Assembly: GCA_951406725.2 (NCBI GenBank) | Contig: OX597825.1 | Span: 40,114,001 to 40,178,000 of the forward strand | Length of the DNA stretch: 64,000 nt | Reading direction: 5' to 3' | Source: Octopus vulgaris | Taxonomy: Eukaryota | In this document: in pieces, positions 1 to 11,879 of the stretch | Position numbering within the stretch: position 1 is the first letter of the stretch | Layout of the letters: each line of letters starts with the position of its first letter | The notes under the pieces: generated by a model | The model's input: only the letters and a program-made list of their open reading frames with translations | Databases searched by the model: none | What the model was told of the DNA's origin: nothing | Made by a program: the position numbers and the translations under genes

Positions 1-290
1 TCGCCTACCCTTATTTTGAGGGTGCGACATGTTTCACCTTTGTATAAAATACCGCAGCTGCATGGGATGGAGTACACGCAGTCTTTGGTCATATTCTCTT
101 CTATTGGTGGTTTTACGCGAAGATGTTTGCGAAGTGCTGTTTTACTCTTGAATACTGTCCTGATGTGTCACATATGTGCCACATATCGTTTTTGTATCTT
201 TTCGAAGAGGCCTTTGACATAGGGTGGACAGACCGTGGACAATTTATTGGTCTCATCCTCTCACATCTTCATAATTGGAGTGGATAACGT
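1..290 (-). mobile_element. Penelope-like element (Poseidon-type) fragment, linker plus GIY-YIG endonuclease start, frameshifted, runs off window start
   Basis: Minus-strand translation across frameshifts gives PYVKGLFEKI..IRTVFKSKTALRKHL..VKPPIEENMTKDCVYSIPCSCGILYKGETCRTLKIRV. This matches the PLE VYxIPCxCGxxYxGETxRxLxxR motif. Confidence 0.75.
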
Positions 291-340
291 AGATAATGTA
301 AATAATGTTCATAATTCCTCATCTCCCATATATAAAACTC
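291..340 (+). repeat. 3' piece of the ~150 bp HHR-bearing repeat (putative Penelope pLTR), inverted relative to the adjacent PLE fragment
   Basis: gtaaataatgttcataattcctcatctcccatatata matches gtaaataatgtacataattcctcgtctctcaaatata at about 11200-11236. Confidence 0.55.
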
Positions 341-847
341 TTTCAAAGAAGTCTCATATTTGTTTTGTGCATGCTTAGTGAATTGCACATGTATACATTT
401 GCATTACCTGCGCCTATGCTTATATAGAAAGCCAATTTCGCTTTATAAAATAACGTTCGCATTTCGAATGCTTTTCATGAAAATAATTTCGTCTGTTCTG
501 GGGTGCTTTTATACTCCTTGTTTAAGTCATGCTTTTAAATGTGCCTGTAGTATGCGTATGTGATTCTTATATAAGTGAAAATCAGTAGGGAAATATCCAA
601 TACATCAAGTTATGCTGGCGAAGTGAATCGAGTAGTGCGTTGCACGAAATATGTTAAAACTAGAGGTTGTATGAAGATAAACATCTAAAGAGGTAAACAA
701 GGGAAAGCTTGTCTTTTTTTCTCTTCCGGGACGAGAGTTCAATCATTCATTGTATTGCCGAAACCTAAGAAGTAGTAATGGTGCATGGATTTTCCACGGA
801 AAGAAAAGAAAAGGCGTAAAATTGCCATTCTGTTTCTGATATCACAA

Positions 848-878
<31 letters not shown>

Positions 879-1944
879 TATATGCATGTGGGTATGTGTG
901 TGAGTACATACAAATGTAATTACATACATACATACATACATACATACATCAGAATCTATACAAAGTGATTTCTGGTCTGCCTACTGATATTTAAGAGTAG
1001 CTGCCTGCGGAATAGAAAATTAATAACCTAGTGATAATAGACGTTTGCTTAGATTTCTTTACATATTCCCTCATATGTGTGTTCTGCAACAAACGTATGT
1101 GTCGTAGTGCGTTTGCACATCTGCATATGTGTAAAAGAATAGGCAAGCGGTGAGAGTGACGGGGTGATATATGGCTCAATTCAAAGTCTTTAATACTATT
1201 CTTTTATAGGATCTCTTCAAGTGGAAATTAATATCAGTATGAGAGGGCCAGCTTGTTGTGTCTTTGCTATGCCAGACTATGCCGGCATACTTATTGAAAT
1301 AAATGGAAACCAACTTTTGATAAACTATTTCTTCGAGGACAAAACCGTCTGATTTATGGTCATCGCCGTACATGCTGAAAGTTTTGATAATGCCGAACGA
1401 TAATCACGAATACGATATCGATTAATTCTTATACATCATGTCAGAAATGCTGATGTAAAATATCTAAAGATTTTCAATAAATGTTACATCTGATCATTGT
1501 ATTGTTCATCACATCGAGTATATCGTGTTGGTAGCGGCGTGGAAACAATGTCTCTGCGGAATTATTCTCATGGCGTGTGAGTTTTCCTACTGATTTCAGA
1601 TGCAGAGAAATGAAAACGATTTTTGCCTGAACAAAACTAGCATCTCGGAATTGTACGCATATTTAAGAATATTTTTCGTTCATCAATTTTATATACTTCA
1701 GATCAGTTCGTGAACACAGGTAGAGTACTTTCTCTTGCTATACATTGTACTTTACATTCTATCAGTTTTAGCAGTTTTCTTTTTATTTCAGCTAGTAAAA
1801 ACACATGTATTAAGATATTTACGGACGAATCCACAAAGGCTGTAAATTTCAACTGATAGTGTATTGACAGTATCGGTGCATAATTCGATGAATAAAAGTA
1901 TTCCTTGTATTTAAAAAATAAGCGAATTTTCATTCTTTTCATTA

Positions 1945-2092
1945 TTTACAATATTTACAGTTGACGGATAATTGTCTTCATCTTGTTTGTTGTTAACACA
2001 ACGTTTAGGCTGATAAACCCCTACAACCTTCGTCAGGTGTATTGGGGAAATTTCGAACCTGGGTTCTCAATCCTAACGTATCTTTCGATGTT
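1945..2092 (-). mobile_element. ~150 bp HHR-bearing repeat (putative Penelope solo pLTR), copy 1
   Basis: Reverse complement aligns by eye with 7908-8068 and 11077-11240 (gagaacccaggttcgaaatttcccca..acacctgaNgaagg..cagcc.aaacgttgtgttaacaac..tatccgtcaa.tgtaaat). Confidence 0.75.
1995..2041 (-). ncRNA. Minimal type I hammerhead ribozyme, probably inactive (G12 to U)
   Basis: Minus strand reads UACAC CUGACGA A GGUUG-loop-CAGCC UAAAC GUU GUGUU. Core and stems I/II are present but GAAA has become UAAA. Confidence 0.6.
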
Positions 2093-2096
2093 GTTG

Positions 2097-2128
<32 letters not shown>

Positions 2129-2575
2129 GAGTGAGAGAACAGTGCATGCCATCTAAGTGACACTAGGGTAAAATATACGAAGTCCAGTATACCCATCATG
2201 ACGACCTGTCTGATAAGGGTACAAGAGACACATGCATCACAACCATGTGAGCGCGACATGGTGATCTCATATCGAGACAAACAGTACACGACCGTACATG
2301 TGGGGCTCAGTTAGAATTTTTTTCTGGTCGAGTAACACATCCCGCTCAAAAGATCCCTGAATAAGGGTTGTTTAAGGTTGTTGAACGTAACACCCATGTT
2401 TCCAGAGGTGTATTATTCAAACCCCAAAGTACCCCTCTCTGCACATGGGTATGATGCTTCCCCACTACTTCCACTCGTGACCAGAGATGCACATATCGTC
2501 AGCAATCAAGGGACAGGGTCGACTGGTTAGGTCAAACAACTGACAAGCAAATCTGTGGTATTTAGCAGAATATTT

Positions 2576-2576
<1 letters not shown>
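2129..2576 (-). mobile_element. Non-coding ~450 bp SINE-like element inserted in a (TAA)n microsatellite
   Basis: Complex sequence of higher GC flanked on both sides by (TAT)n (2089-2128 and 2577-2655). On the minus strand it ends in an (AAT)n tail like the neighbouring LINEs. No credible ORF and no clear Pol III A/B boxes. Confidence 0.6.
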
Positions 2577-2634
<58 letters not shown>

Positions 2635-2695
2635 GTTATTATTATTATTATAATTATGCCCTGAGTTCGATTCCATGCAGTGACATGAATAATGC

Positions 2696-2728
<33 letters not shown>

Positions 2729-2761
2729 TAATAATAATAATAATAATGATGATAATAATGC

Positions 2762-2818
<57 letters not shown>

Positions 2819-2866
2819 TAATAATGATAATAGGTATTATTATATAATAATAATAATAATGATAAT
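2577..2866. repeat. (TAT)n then (AAT)n microsatellites separated by a ~30 bp B-box-like spacer
   Basis: Seen directly. The spacer gccctgagttcgattccatgcagtgacatg at 2658-2687 contains GTTCGATTCC. Confidence 0.9.
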
Positions 2867-4087
2867 AGGTATCAACACTTTAGCTGTCCCAGTTATAAGT
2901 TACAACTACAATATCCTTAACTGGACACGAAATGAACTGACCAAAATAGATAGGAAAACAAGAAAAATAATGACAGGATCTAGGATGCATCACCCAAAAT
3001 CTGACATAGAAAGACTATATATACAACGTATAGAAGGTGGTAGAGGCCTTATACAACTGGAAAACTACTATAAAATAACCACCATAGGACTGCAAAAATA
3101 TCTACTTCAGAAGGAAGGAAAACTGATCCAGATAGCGGCAAAACACGAGCAAAGCAGAAAACTGTTCTCAGTATTTAAGGAAGCTGACAAATACAAACAA
3201 GAAATCATACCACCTAATAAACATGAAGAAGAAGAAGAAGAAGATGAAGAAGCAACAAAAGCTATAAAACAAATGAAATCCAAACTAAAAATAGAACAGC
3301 AACGAACCATGATAAAACGATGGCAAGAAAAGCCCCTTCATGGTAAATACTGGACTAAACTAAACGCAAAAGAAATAGACAAAGAAAAATCTCAGCAATG
3401 GTTGAGAAGCTCAGGACTCAAAGCAGAAACAGAGGGATTTTTAATTGCAGCACAAGACCAAAGCCTCCCCACCAGAAATTACCAAAAACATGTAATGAAA
3501 AGAAATATTACAAGTAACTGCAGAATATGTGGAGATGGACAAGAAACAATAAATCATATTATCTCTAGCTGCCCAGTCCTGGCTAAGAAGGAATATATTC
3601 ACAGACATGACAGAGTTGGAACCTACATACATTGGAAGCTATGCCAACATTATGGAATAACAGCAGAAAAACGATGGTATAGGCACACACCAGAAAAGGT
3701 CACAGAAAACGAGAAAGCAACCATACTCTGGGATATGCCGATACACACAGATAGAGAAATTAAGGCCAACAGACCAGATATAGTTGTCAGAGATCATGAA
3801 GAAAAAAATGCTTTCTAATTGATGTATCAATACCGGCTGATGACAACGTGTCTCTAAAAGAAATGGAGAAACTCTCAAAATACAAAGACCTGGAAATAGA
3901 GGTAACTAGAATGTGGAATCTGAAAACAGAAACAATTCCTATCATAGTAGGTGCATTAGGCATGATAAAAAAATATTCAGACAAATACATAATAAAAACA
4001 CCAGGACTTACAAACACATATAACATACAGAAAATTGCACTACTAGGCACTGCACACATCCTACGCAGAACACTTTCCATACAATAA
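2865..4087 (+). pseudogene. C-terminal part of the Dong/R4 ORF with a single frameshift in an A-run at about 3801-3808
   Basis: ORFs 2574..3818 and 3848..4087 join by one frameshift (DHEEKK|CFLIDVSIPADDNV). The poly-Y/N/I N-terminus of the listed ORF is microsatellite read-through. Confidence 0.85.
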
Positions 4088-4186
4088 CCATCAGAGCATC
4101 ACAACAAATCACAGCACATACCCAAGGCACACAGAGCTGTGCTCGGGAGTGAAGTGAAAGCACGCTATAAAAATAAAACTGCTGAA
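2865..4186 (+). mobile_element. 5'-truncated R4/Dong-clade non-LTR retrotransposon (RT thumb, CCHC finger, restriction-like endonuclease), young copy
   Basis: Motifs: GINTLAVPVISY, HPKSDIERLY..GGRGL, LHGKY, ETEGFLIAAQDQSLPTRNY, CRICGDGQETINHIISSC, RHD, RPDIV..ID, KLSKYKDL, PIIVGALG. Short 3' UTR followed by (AAT)n; flanked by AAT tracts. Confidence 0.92.
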
Positions 4187-4233
4187 TAATAATAATGATA
4201 ATAATAATAATAACAACAACAACAACAACAACA

Positions 4234-7200
4234 ATGAAAAAACAAAATATTGTGAAAACGGTTGTTATGAAACTGAAGCCAATAATGCGGACAGTGTTAC
4301 ACCCGATAGGCTAACAGATACTTGTCTGGCTCCAGCCTGTCTATATCTAGAAAAGGGCCACCACACAAAGCGTCGAATGAGAAAGAAAATTAATGCTGTG
4401 GTTATGGAGTGTTACTACCTGAGCAGCCCGGTAGTTGAAAACGATGCTCATATTAATGATCATTGGAATGAATAGGGATTGTTTCAAATCAAGGAACAGA
4501 GACTATGTGATCAAGCCAGTGCAATAAGAAAACTTTGTAGGTTCACAGAAGTAGAGCTCAAAACTATCAAAAGAGAGGTCATGGAAACAAGCAGCAGTGA
4601 TAAAAATGACAATACAATTCTTACTAAGAATAAGCCCATAGCACAGGACAAAAGCAGTGGTAGTTTACTCAATGAGAGGCATATAGATAATCTAAAAGAA
4701 GAAAATAAAACTAATGGCGACATAACAGATGAACAAAATGCAATCAACGTCAAAATAAAGGTAAGACTACAGGAGAACGATAGCGACCTTACTTGCAACC
4801 TTAAAAACGTTGATCGATATAAATTGGATCAAGAAACGAAAAATGTCAAGGAAATTCTGAAATACATCAGAACAAACAACATCACAGAAACAAAGAATTT
4901 GATCAAGGCAGCAAGTATTGTTGTAGCACAAAAAAGTGGGTGTTGATGTGAGGAAAAAGAAATATAATGGGAGTGACAAAAGAAAGACCCATGGTGGAGA
5001 AGAAAAATCCATGCTCTGAAAGAAAATCTCTGTGTCCGACGGAAAAGAGATAGGGGAGCTTAAAAGCGAACAAAAATAGAGTTCGCTGAAAAGGAAGGAG
5101 GATATTGAAAGGGCTTCCAAGTAGTAATGGAGGAACTGAAACACAGCCTCGTTGCAAAGAAAACAAAGATGGTAAGATACGACCAAATAGGTTATTCCGA
5201 GTAAATAAGAAGGGATTCTATAAAGAAATAAATGGAGAGTGTACAGATGAGAAGTTGATATCAAATAACAATGAGAGGCTTGGGAGTGACATCTGGATGA
5301 ACGACAAGGAGCACAAGAAGGATGCTGAATGGTTGTAAGTACTGAAACAGACAGTAGTCTGTCGAAAACAGGCAGAACTAGTCATTTCAGTTAGGGAAGT
5401 GAAGGACATTACACAAAACAATGAGCAACTGGAAGGGTCCTGGACAAGATGGGGTTCAAGGCTACTAGATCAAAAGATTTGGTGAATGTTATGCACGAAT
5501 AGCTTCGCAACACAACACCTTGTTAAATACCAACCAAGGAACACCAGAGTAGTTGGCATTGGGTGGGACATTGTTGTGCCTGAAAAATGTTGAAAAAGGC
5601 AATACGGTAGACAGTTACAGGCCGATATCCTGTTTGCCATTTATGTTGAAGTTATTGACTAGAATACTCGCAGAGTCAATATACGAACATCTGGAAAAAA
5701 TGGAGTCCTGCTACATGAGCAGAAGGGTTGCAAGCATAAGTGAAGAGTACCAAGGATCAACTCCTGGTAGATAAAACTAAGAGACTGCAAGTGGAGGAAA
5801 ACTAACTTAACCATGTCATGGATAGATTATCGTAAGGCGTACGATATGATCCCATATTCTTGGATTAATGAATGTATGAACCTATTTGGAATTGCATCGA
5901 AAGTTGTGCGATTGCTTGGAAAAAGCATGTCGAATTGAAGGACGGACCTGACAGCATACGGAAGAAGTTTACGGACAGTAGAAATTCGGTAGGGCATCTT
6001 CCAAGGGGACTGTCTCTCCCCACTGATCTTTGTACTGTGCTTGATGCCACTAACACTCATTTCTAGGAAGGCAAAAGCTGAGTATGTATTCAAAAGCCGC
6101 CAACAGAAAGTCAACTATTTGGTATTCATGGATGACCTCAAACTTTATGGTTAAGATGAATCTCAAGTCAGTTCCGTCGTTGATTCGGTGTATACATTCA
6201 GTCCTGATACCAGAATGGAGTCAGACTGAGAAAGTGTGATGTGTTAGTCTTGAAGAGAAGCAAAATCACATGTATGGATGGGCTAATGATACCGTCAGGG
6301 GAGATTATGAATCAGATACAAGAGATGGGTTATAAGTCCTTGGGGATATTGGAAATGGATAAGTTGATGGAGAAAGAAATGTCAGAAAAATTTAAGGTGG
6401 GGTACTTGCGGCAAATGAGACTGATATTAAGTCGAAATTAAATGGACGGATTAAGATCGTAGCTATCAACACCTGGGCGGTTTCACTCCTTACATATGGA
6501 TCAGGGATAATCGCATGGACATTAGACGATCTAAACAGTTTAGACACAAAGACAAGGAAGTTGTTAACTAGATATGGTCACTCCACCCCAAATGTGACAT
6601 AGACAGACTGTATGTAGCAAGAAAAATTGTGGGAAAAGGAATTATTGGATGCGAAAACATCACTAGAGCCGAAGAAAACAACATAGCAGGGTTTGTAAAA
6701 ATGTCACACAACCGATATTATTAGAAGTGAGAAGGTCAGATATGTATAGGATGAATGATTGCAAAGATGAAGCACTATACAAGAATTCGGAAAACGAATG
6801 AAATAGAAAATAGGTGTGCAAAGAAAAGAATGCATGGTGAATTTCCTAGGATGTTGAAGATATGACAGAGAGTGAAATAAAGATAGCTGTGGATGACTAA
6901 AAGTCATTTAAAACCGGAAACGTATGCTCTAATCTGTGCTCTCCAAGATGAAGCACTAAGAACAAACTAAATAAAATACAGAATAGACAACACAACAGAA
7001 AGTGATAAGTGAAGAATCTGTGGACAAAACGGTGAACCAAATGGCATATTGCCAGCCAATGTACGCCGCTATACCAGAAGTAATATAAGAGACGCCACGA
7101 CAATATAGGAAGGCTTGTCCATTGGACACTTTGCAACAAGTATGGACATGGCAGAGCAAAAAGTTGGTACGGCTACAAACCTGAAGGCATTGTCGAGAAT

Positions 7201-7617
7201 AGAAATGCAAAGATTCTGTGGGATTTTATAGCAAGTCGGACATAGTCTCAATTGAGAAAGAAAACAAACTATGCTGGATCATAGATATAACATGCCCAGC
7301 TGACAACGAGGTATGCGATAAGGAAGAAAAAAATGTCGAGAGACATGACAGTTAGCTTGGGGGTTTAAGCAGTTGTCTTCGATCAAAAGAATAGCAGTAG
7401 TACCAATAATTGTCGGGGGCCTGGGGAAAGTGAGCAAAAATCTCGAGAAGTACGTGGAACAAATAATAAGCGTGGAGCACTTGCAGAAAGCAGCACTACT
7501 TGGAACCGCTCGAATAATCCGTATAGTGCTCGAAAAATAAGAAGTGTTAACTTAGTTCACTGGTAGGGAACAGCTGACACTGTAGTACATCTCCAGCGTT
7601 AGAAGCCGTGCAAAGAC
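4234..7617 (+). mobile_element. Near full-length but heavily degenerated R4/Dong-clade LINE (second family)
   Basis: RT motifs are recoverable across stops and frameshifts: [59 protein letters not shown]-terminus includes PIIVGGLG and ALLGTARII. Bounded by (AAC)n and a long (AAT)n. Confidence 0.9.
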
Positions 7618-7648
7618 AATAATAATAATGATGATAATAATAATAATG

Positions 7649-7705
<57 letters not shown>

Positions 7706-7754
7706 GCAACAATAATGATAATAATAACAGCAACAATAATAATAATAATAAAAA

Positions 7755-7837
<83 letters not shown>

Positions 7838-7907
7838 GTAATAATAATAATAACAATAATAATAACAATAATAATAATAATAACAATAATAATAACAACA
7901 ACAACAT
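7618..7907. repeat. (AAT/AAC)n microsatellite
   Basis: Seen directly. Confidence 0.95.
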
Positions 7908-8068
7908 TGAAATATATCTTAGGAATGAGAACCTAGGTTCGAAATTTCCTCAAGACACCTAATGAAAGCTAATGGGTACATCAGCCAACACGTTGTGTTA
8001 ACAACAAAGATGTGGACAAATATCCATCAAATGTAAATAATATATATAATATTTTAAAAATAGAACCG
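7908..8068 (+). mobile_element. ~150 bp HHR-bearing repeat, copy 2 (ribozyme core decayed)
   Basis: gacac CTAATGA aagcta..tcagcc AACAC gtt gtgtt at 7954-7999 has core mutations; flanks match the other copies. Confidence 0.7.
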
Positions 8069-8842
8069 TATTTTTCTCTTTTCTACAAATTTCATACTGG
8101 ACAACCTAATATGACATGTACAAGTTAGATCTTCTTGCTACATCATAGTTCTCAAAATAGTGTCTGCTGCTTACAGTTGAGTTATAAATTTCCATCAAAT
8201 GTTTCATAACGTACATGTGCATTAAATATACTGATTTTCACATTTGGATTTTTAATTCAAGTTTCAAAGTAATATAATCATTTCTCTACTATGTTTACCG
8301 TTTATATACTTGTATACGTTTGTATGTGTGTGTACGATATATGTGTATGCAAAGAGAATATATGGTGGGATGAAGCATGTGTAGTTGTATAAGAATTATC
8401 TACATGACGATGTTTTACTGTGAATATGAATAAAAATTATTTCGAAATATGATGCTATGACACAAGGAAAAAATATTGAGATATTTGCATGGTTCCTCGA
8501 ACAACATTTTTTGAAAGCATACATAAATATACTTTCTTTCAATATCCTATTTTCAACCGTTAATGTCAAATTAATATCGTTACTTTATTTGTTTGAAACA
8601 TGACTTGTCATTCCATGTTCACTCACATATATTTCGAATTACGTATATATATATATATATAGCAAAGTTTTCTTCTCTAAATATGAGCCATTTGAAAACA
8701 TTAATACAACCGTTAATAACTAGGAGAGGATTCATAAGTTTGCTAATTTTATAATACAAGTATTTTCTAAAAAATTACTAGCGTTTCATACGTTTCGTGC
8801 GTGATCTTACGACGTTTATATGTTTTAAAGGGAAGCGAAATA

Positions 8843-10136
8843 CGAGGGGCATTCAATAAGTAATGCCCCTGACCCACTTCCTATAGTAGTAGAGCAACGA
8901 AACTTGGCACAGTTATTAGTCTTTTTCTACATAGGAAGCACCCAGAGTTACGCATTTCTACCATCGTTTGATGCAGCTCTGGAGACCGTTTTTGTAGAAG
9001 ACTCCAGCTTGGTCCTCCAACCTCAACGTGACTTCAGAAAGCAAGGCTGCATCATCTGGGAAACGCTTTCCTTTCAAAAACAACTTCAGGACTGGGAAGA
9101 GGGGAAAATCAGAGGGTGCAAGGTCAGGAAAGTAGGGGGATGGGGGGAGGGAGTTCATAGCCATACGCCTGTGCTTCTGATCTGGCGACAAGCGAGTTGT
9201 GGACCGGAGCGTTGTCCTGCAGGAGGAGGATGCCTTTGCTGATCTTGCCCTGCCTCTTGATTTTGATAGCTTCTCTTAATTTCCTCAAAAGTGAAGCATA
9301 ATAGGCTCCTGTAATTGTGGTACCCTTTGCCAGGAAATCTGTCATCACTACTCCGTCCTGGTCCCAGAAGACTGTGAGCATGACCTTGCCAGCGGAGGGC
9401 TGCACCCTTGCCTTCTTTAGAGGAGGTGAGTCACGGTGCTTCCACTGCATTGACTGGACTTTGGTCTCTGGATCATAGCGATGGACCCAGGTTTCATCCT
9501 GTGTAATCAGTCTTTTGAAAAGTTTTGACTCATCTTCTTGGCACATCTCCAAATTCACCCTCGAGCACTCGACGCGTTCTTGCTTCTGGAAAGGTGTGAG
9601 CAACCTGGGAATCCATCTGGCAGACACCTTTTGCATATGCAAATGGTCATGAATGATAGTTTCCACAGACCCGGTACTAATCTTGACCTCATGGGCTATT
9701 TGGCGAATAATTATGCGTCGATCTTCCAAAATGACAGCCTCAACTTGACGGACAGATGCCTCATCAATGGCAGAAGCGGGGTGACCAGATCTGGGAGCTG
9801 TTTCCACAGAGTTCCGACCATGTTTGAATTCACGATGCCAGAGTTTTACAAGGTCATATGATGGGGTATCATCACCATAAGTTACTTTCATTTAATCAAA
9901 AGTATCCCGTGGTTTGCGTCCTTTCAAATACAAAAACCGGATCACTGCTCGACACTCAACAGGCTCCATTTCACACTTGACTCAGTTCAAATACCTGTAA
10001 ATCAGAAGCCACAATTAGTTCAGAGCTGTAATTTGCCACTTACTCTATAGAGATATAAGTAATTGCACATGCAAACTTTCTGCTAGATCAAACAACTACA
10101 AGTGGGTCAGGGGCATTACTTATTGAACGTCCCTCG
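8843..10136 (-). mobile_element. Full-length mariner (DD34D) DNA transposon with ~37 bp TIRs and TA target-site duplication
   Basis: TA|cgaggggcattcaataagtaatgcccctgacccactt at 8841 and aagtgggtcaggggcattacttattgaacgtccctcg|TA ending at 10138. Confidence 0.95.
8916..9969 (-). pseudogene. Mariner transposase with two premature stops and one frameshift
   Basis: MEPVECRAVIRFLYLKG..FD*MKVTYGD..WIPRLL..TQDETW..LQDNAPVH..(frameshift at about 9140)..PYFPDLAPSDF..KRW*KCVTLGASYVEKD*. Confidence 0.92.
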
Positions 10137-10960
10137 TACATTCATAGCCTATTAGAAATTTACTTGGAATATTTTACGGTAGATTATATATCCAGTATTA
10201 CATATTTCAAACGAGGATTTATGAGAATATTCCGGTATTTGCTTGGTTTTGTTTTCTCATTCGGCGTGCTTCATCCAATGTATCACTCCCAATGTTGACC
10301 TCGTTGCAGTTTTTGCTATAAAATATTGAGTTGTAGAATATTAAGCTTAACATGTTTACTGAGATATTTATCAGTATCCTCATTACTAACTTGCTTCTTT
10401 AATACTAATCCACTTCTCAACATTACTTTGATCATATTAGCCACATAAATCAATCGCACTGCATAACAATAAAGTTCCCGTCATTAGAATCATTAAATCA
10501 CACCAACTCTCTATTCACTTAAATATTTACGATTCCGTAATTGTTCAATCTTATTGAACTACGGAAAAAAGTCAACAGCATTATCTGTGTTTTCTGCTCA
10601 TAATTGTTTGCAATATGTGTATGCTTCGAATCCAAATAAGTGCAAAATCACGGAAAAGCGAAAATAGATATGAATGAAAAATATCTTTGATATTATATTC
10701 TTTATTAACAATATATGCATGTTTACCAGTGACTGTTGTAAATGTTGTTAACATGATGTCTTCCTACTGCATGTAATGAAAACACAAAACAAGATATAAA
10801 GTAACAGATGCATAAAACATAACCAGTTCGTGTACATACATCTTAGTAAAATCATTTTGATGGAATATGCGAATTTACACAAAATGAGAAAGTTGTGGAG
10901 AAAAAATATATATTTAAGTGAGAAAGAGAAAAAAAGAGAAAGAAAGAGAGCATGTGTGTA

Positions 10961-11046
<86 letters not shown>

Positions 11047-11076
11047 ATAATGATAATAATAATAATAATAATAATA

Positions 11077-11240
11077 GCAACAAGAGCAGTGAGAATTCAA
11101 GTTCGAAATTACCCCAAGACATCTGATGAAGGCTGGAGGGTATATCAGCTGAAACGTTGTGTTAACAACAAACAATATCACGACAATTATCCGTCAATTG
11201 TAAATAATGTACATAATTCCTCGTCTCTCAAATATAGGTC
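11077..11240 (+). mobile_element. ~150 bp HHR-bearing repeat, copy 3, preceded by (ACT)n(AAT)n at 10961-11076
   Basis: Aligns with copies 1 and 2. Confidence 0.75.
11118..11163 (+). ncRNA. Minimal type I hammerhead ribozyme with intact core
   Basis: GACAU CUGAUGA A GGCUG gaggguauau CAGCU GAAAC GUU GUGUU. Stem I GACAU/GUGUU, stem II GGCUG/CAGCU, palindromic AACGUU in place of stem III, cleavage triplet GUU. Confidence 0.7.
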
Positions 11241-11879
11241 TGTATTAACTAGAACATTCTTATTTAATTTTGTATTGCCATCTCCCAAACTCATATATTT
11301 GGGAGATCTTTCCGCTTCGTAGCCAGCAAAAATGTGCCAAAAGACTTGTGTCACGGAATACTCTTATTTCACTCGTGTTCAAGGCCATAGTATAAAAAAT
11401 TCGAGAAACCGAAACTAACATTCCGGTTCAATGATATATATTCCTTTTTCCTGTCTATTGTGGGGGCTTCAGAAATGTAGGACTCATATTATTTTGTTCA
11501 GATATTTTCTTTTAAAATTAATGCTTTTTCTGGTTTTTATTACCTTTGTATGTAGGTATTGTCATGATCCAATCATAAAATATTATGTTTCTATGTTAAT
11601 GTATGTGATTCATTAATTTTCTGTTGTTGACTGCGTTTGTGGCAATGCTGTTACTGACTTATATTGTTTGCGTTGATTTTAGTTTCCTGGCTGTAGGTTT
11701 TGATGTGATTTAGCCTGTACTTAAATTTGAACTGTGGACTTATTTCTAGTGGAGTTTGCGGTGATCAAGTTGTAGTTGTTGTTGAATGCATTATTGGTGC
11801 GAGTTTGTGCACAGACATGCTTCTCATCCGCTTGAATCTACTATTTATATTTATTTTTGATGTTTTCCTTCTGTCACTC

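Noticed and set aside
2574-2864. Poly-Tyr/Asn/Ile N-terminus of the 414 aa ORF and the many poly-YI/CV/HT/L/I ORFs elsewhere
   Set aside because: Translations of microsatellites, not genes.
8776-8820. Helitron 3' end on the minus strand (hairpin then CTAG|T)
   Set aside because: The hairpin is too weak and no 5' end could be identified.
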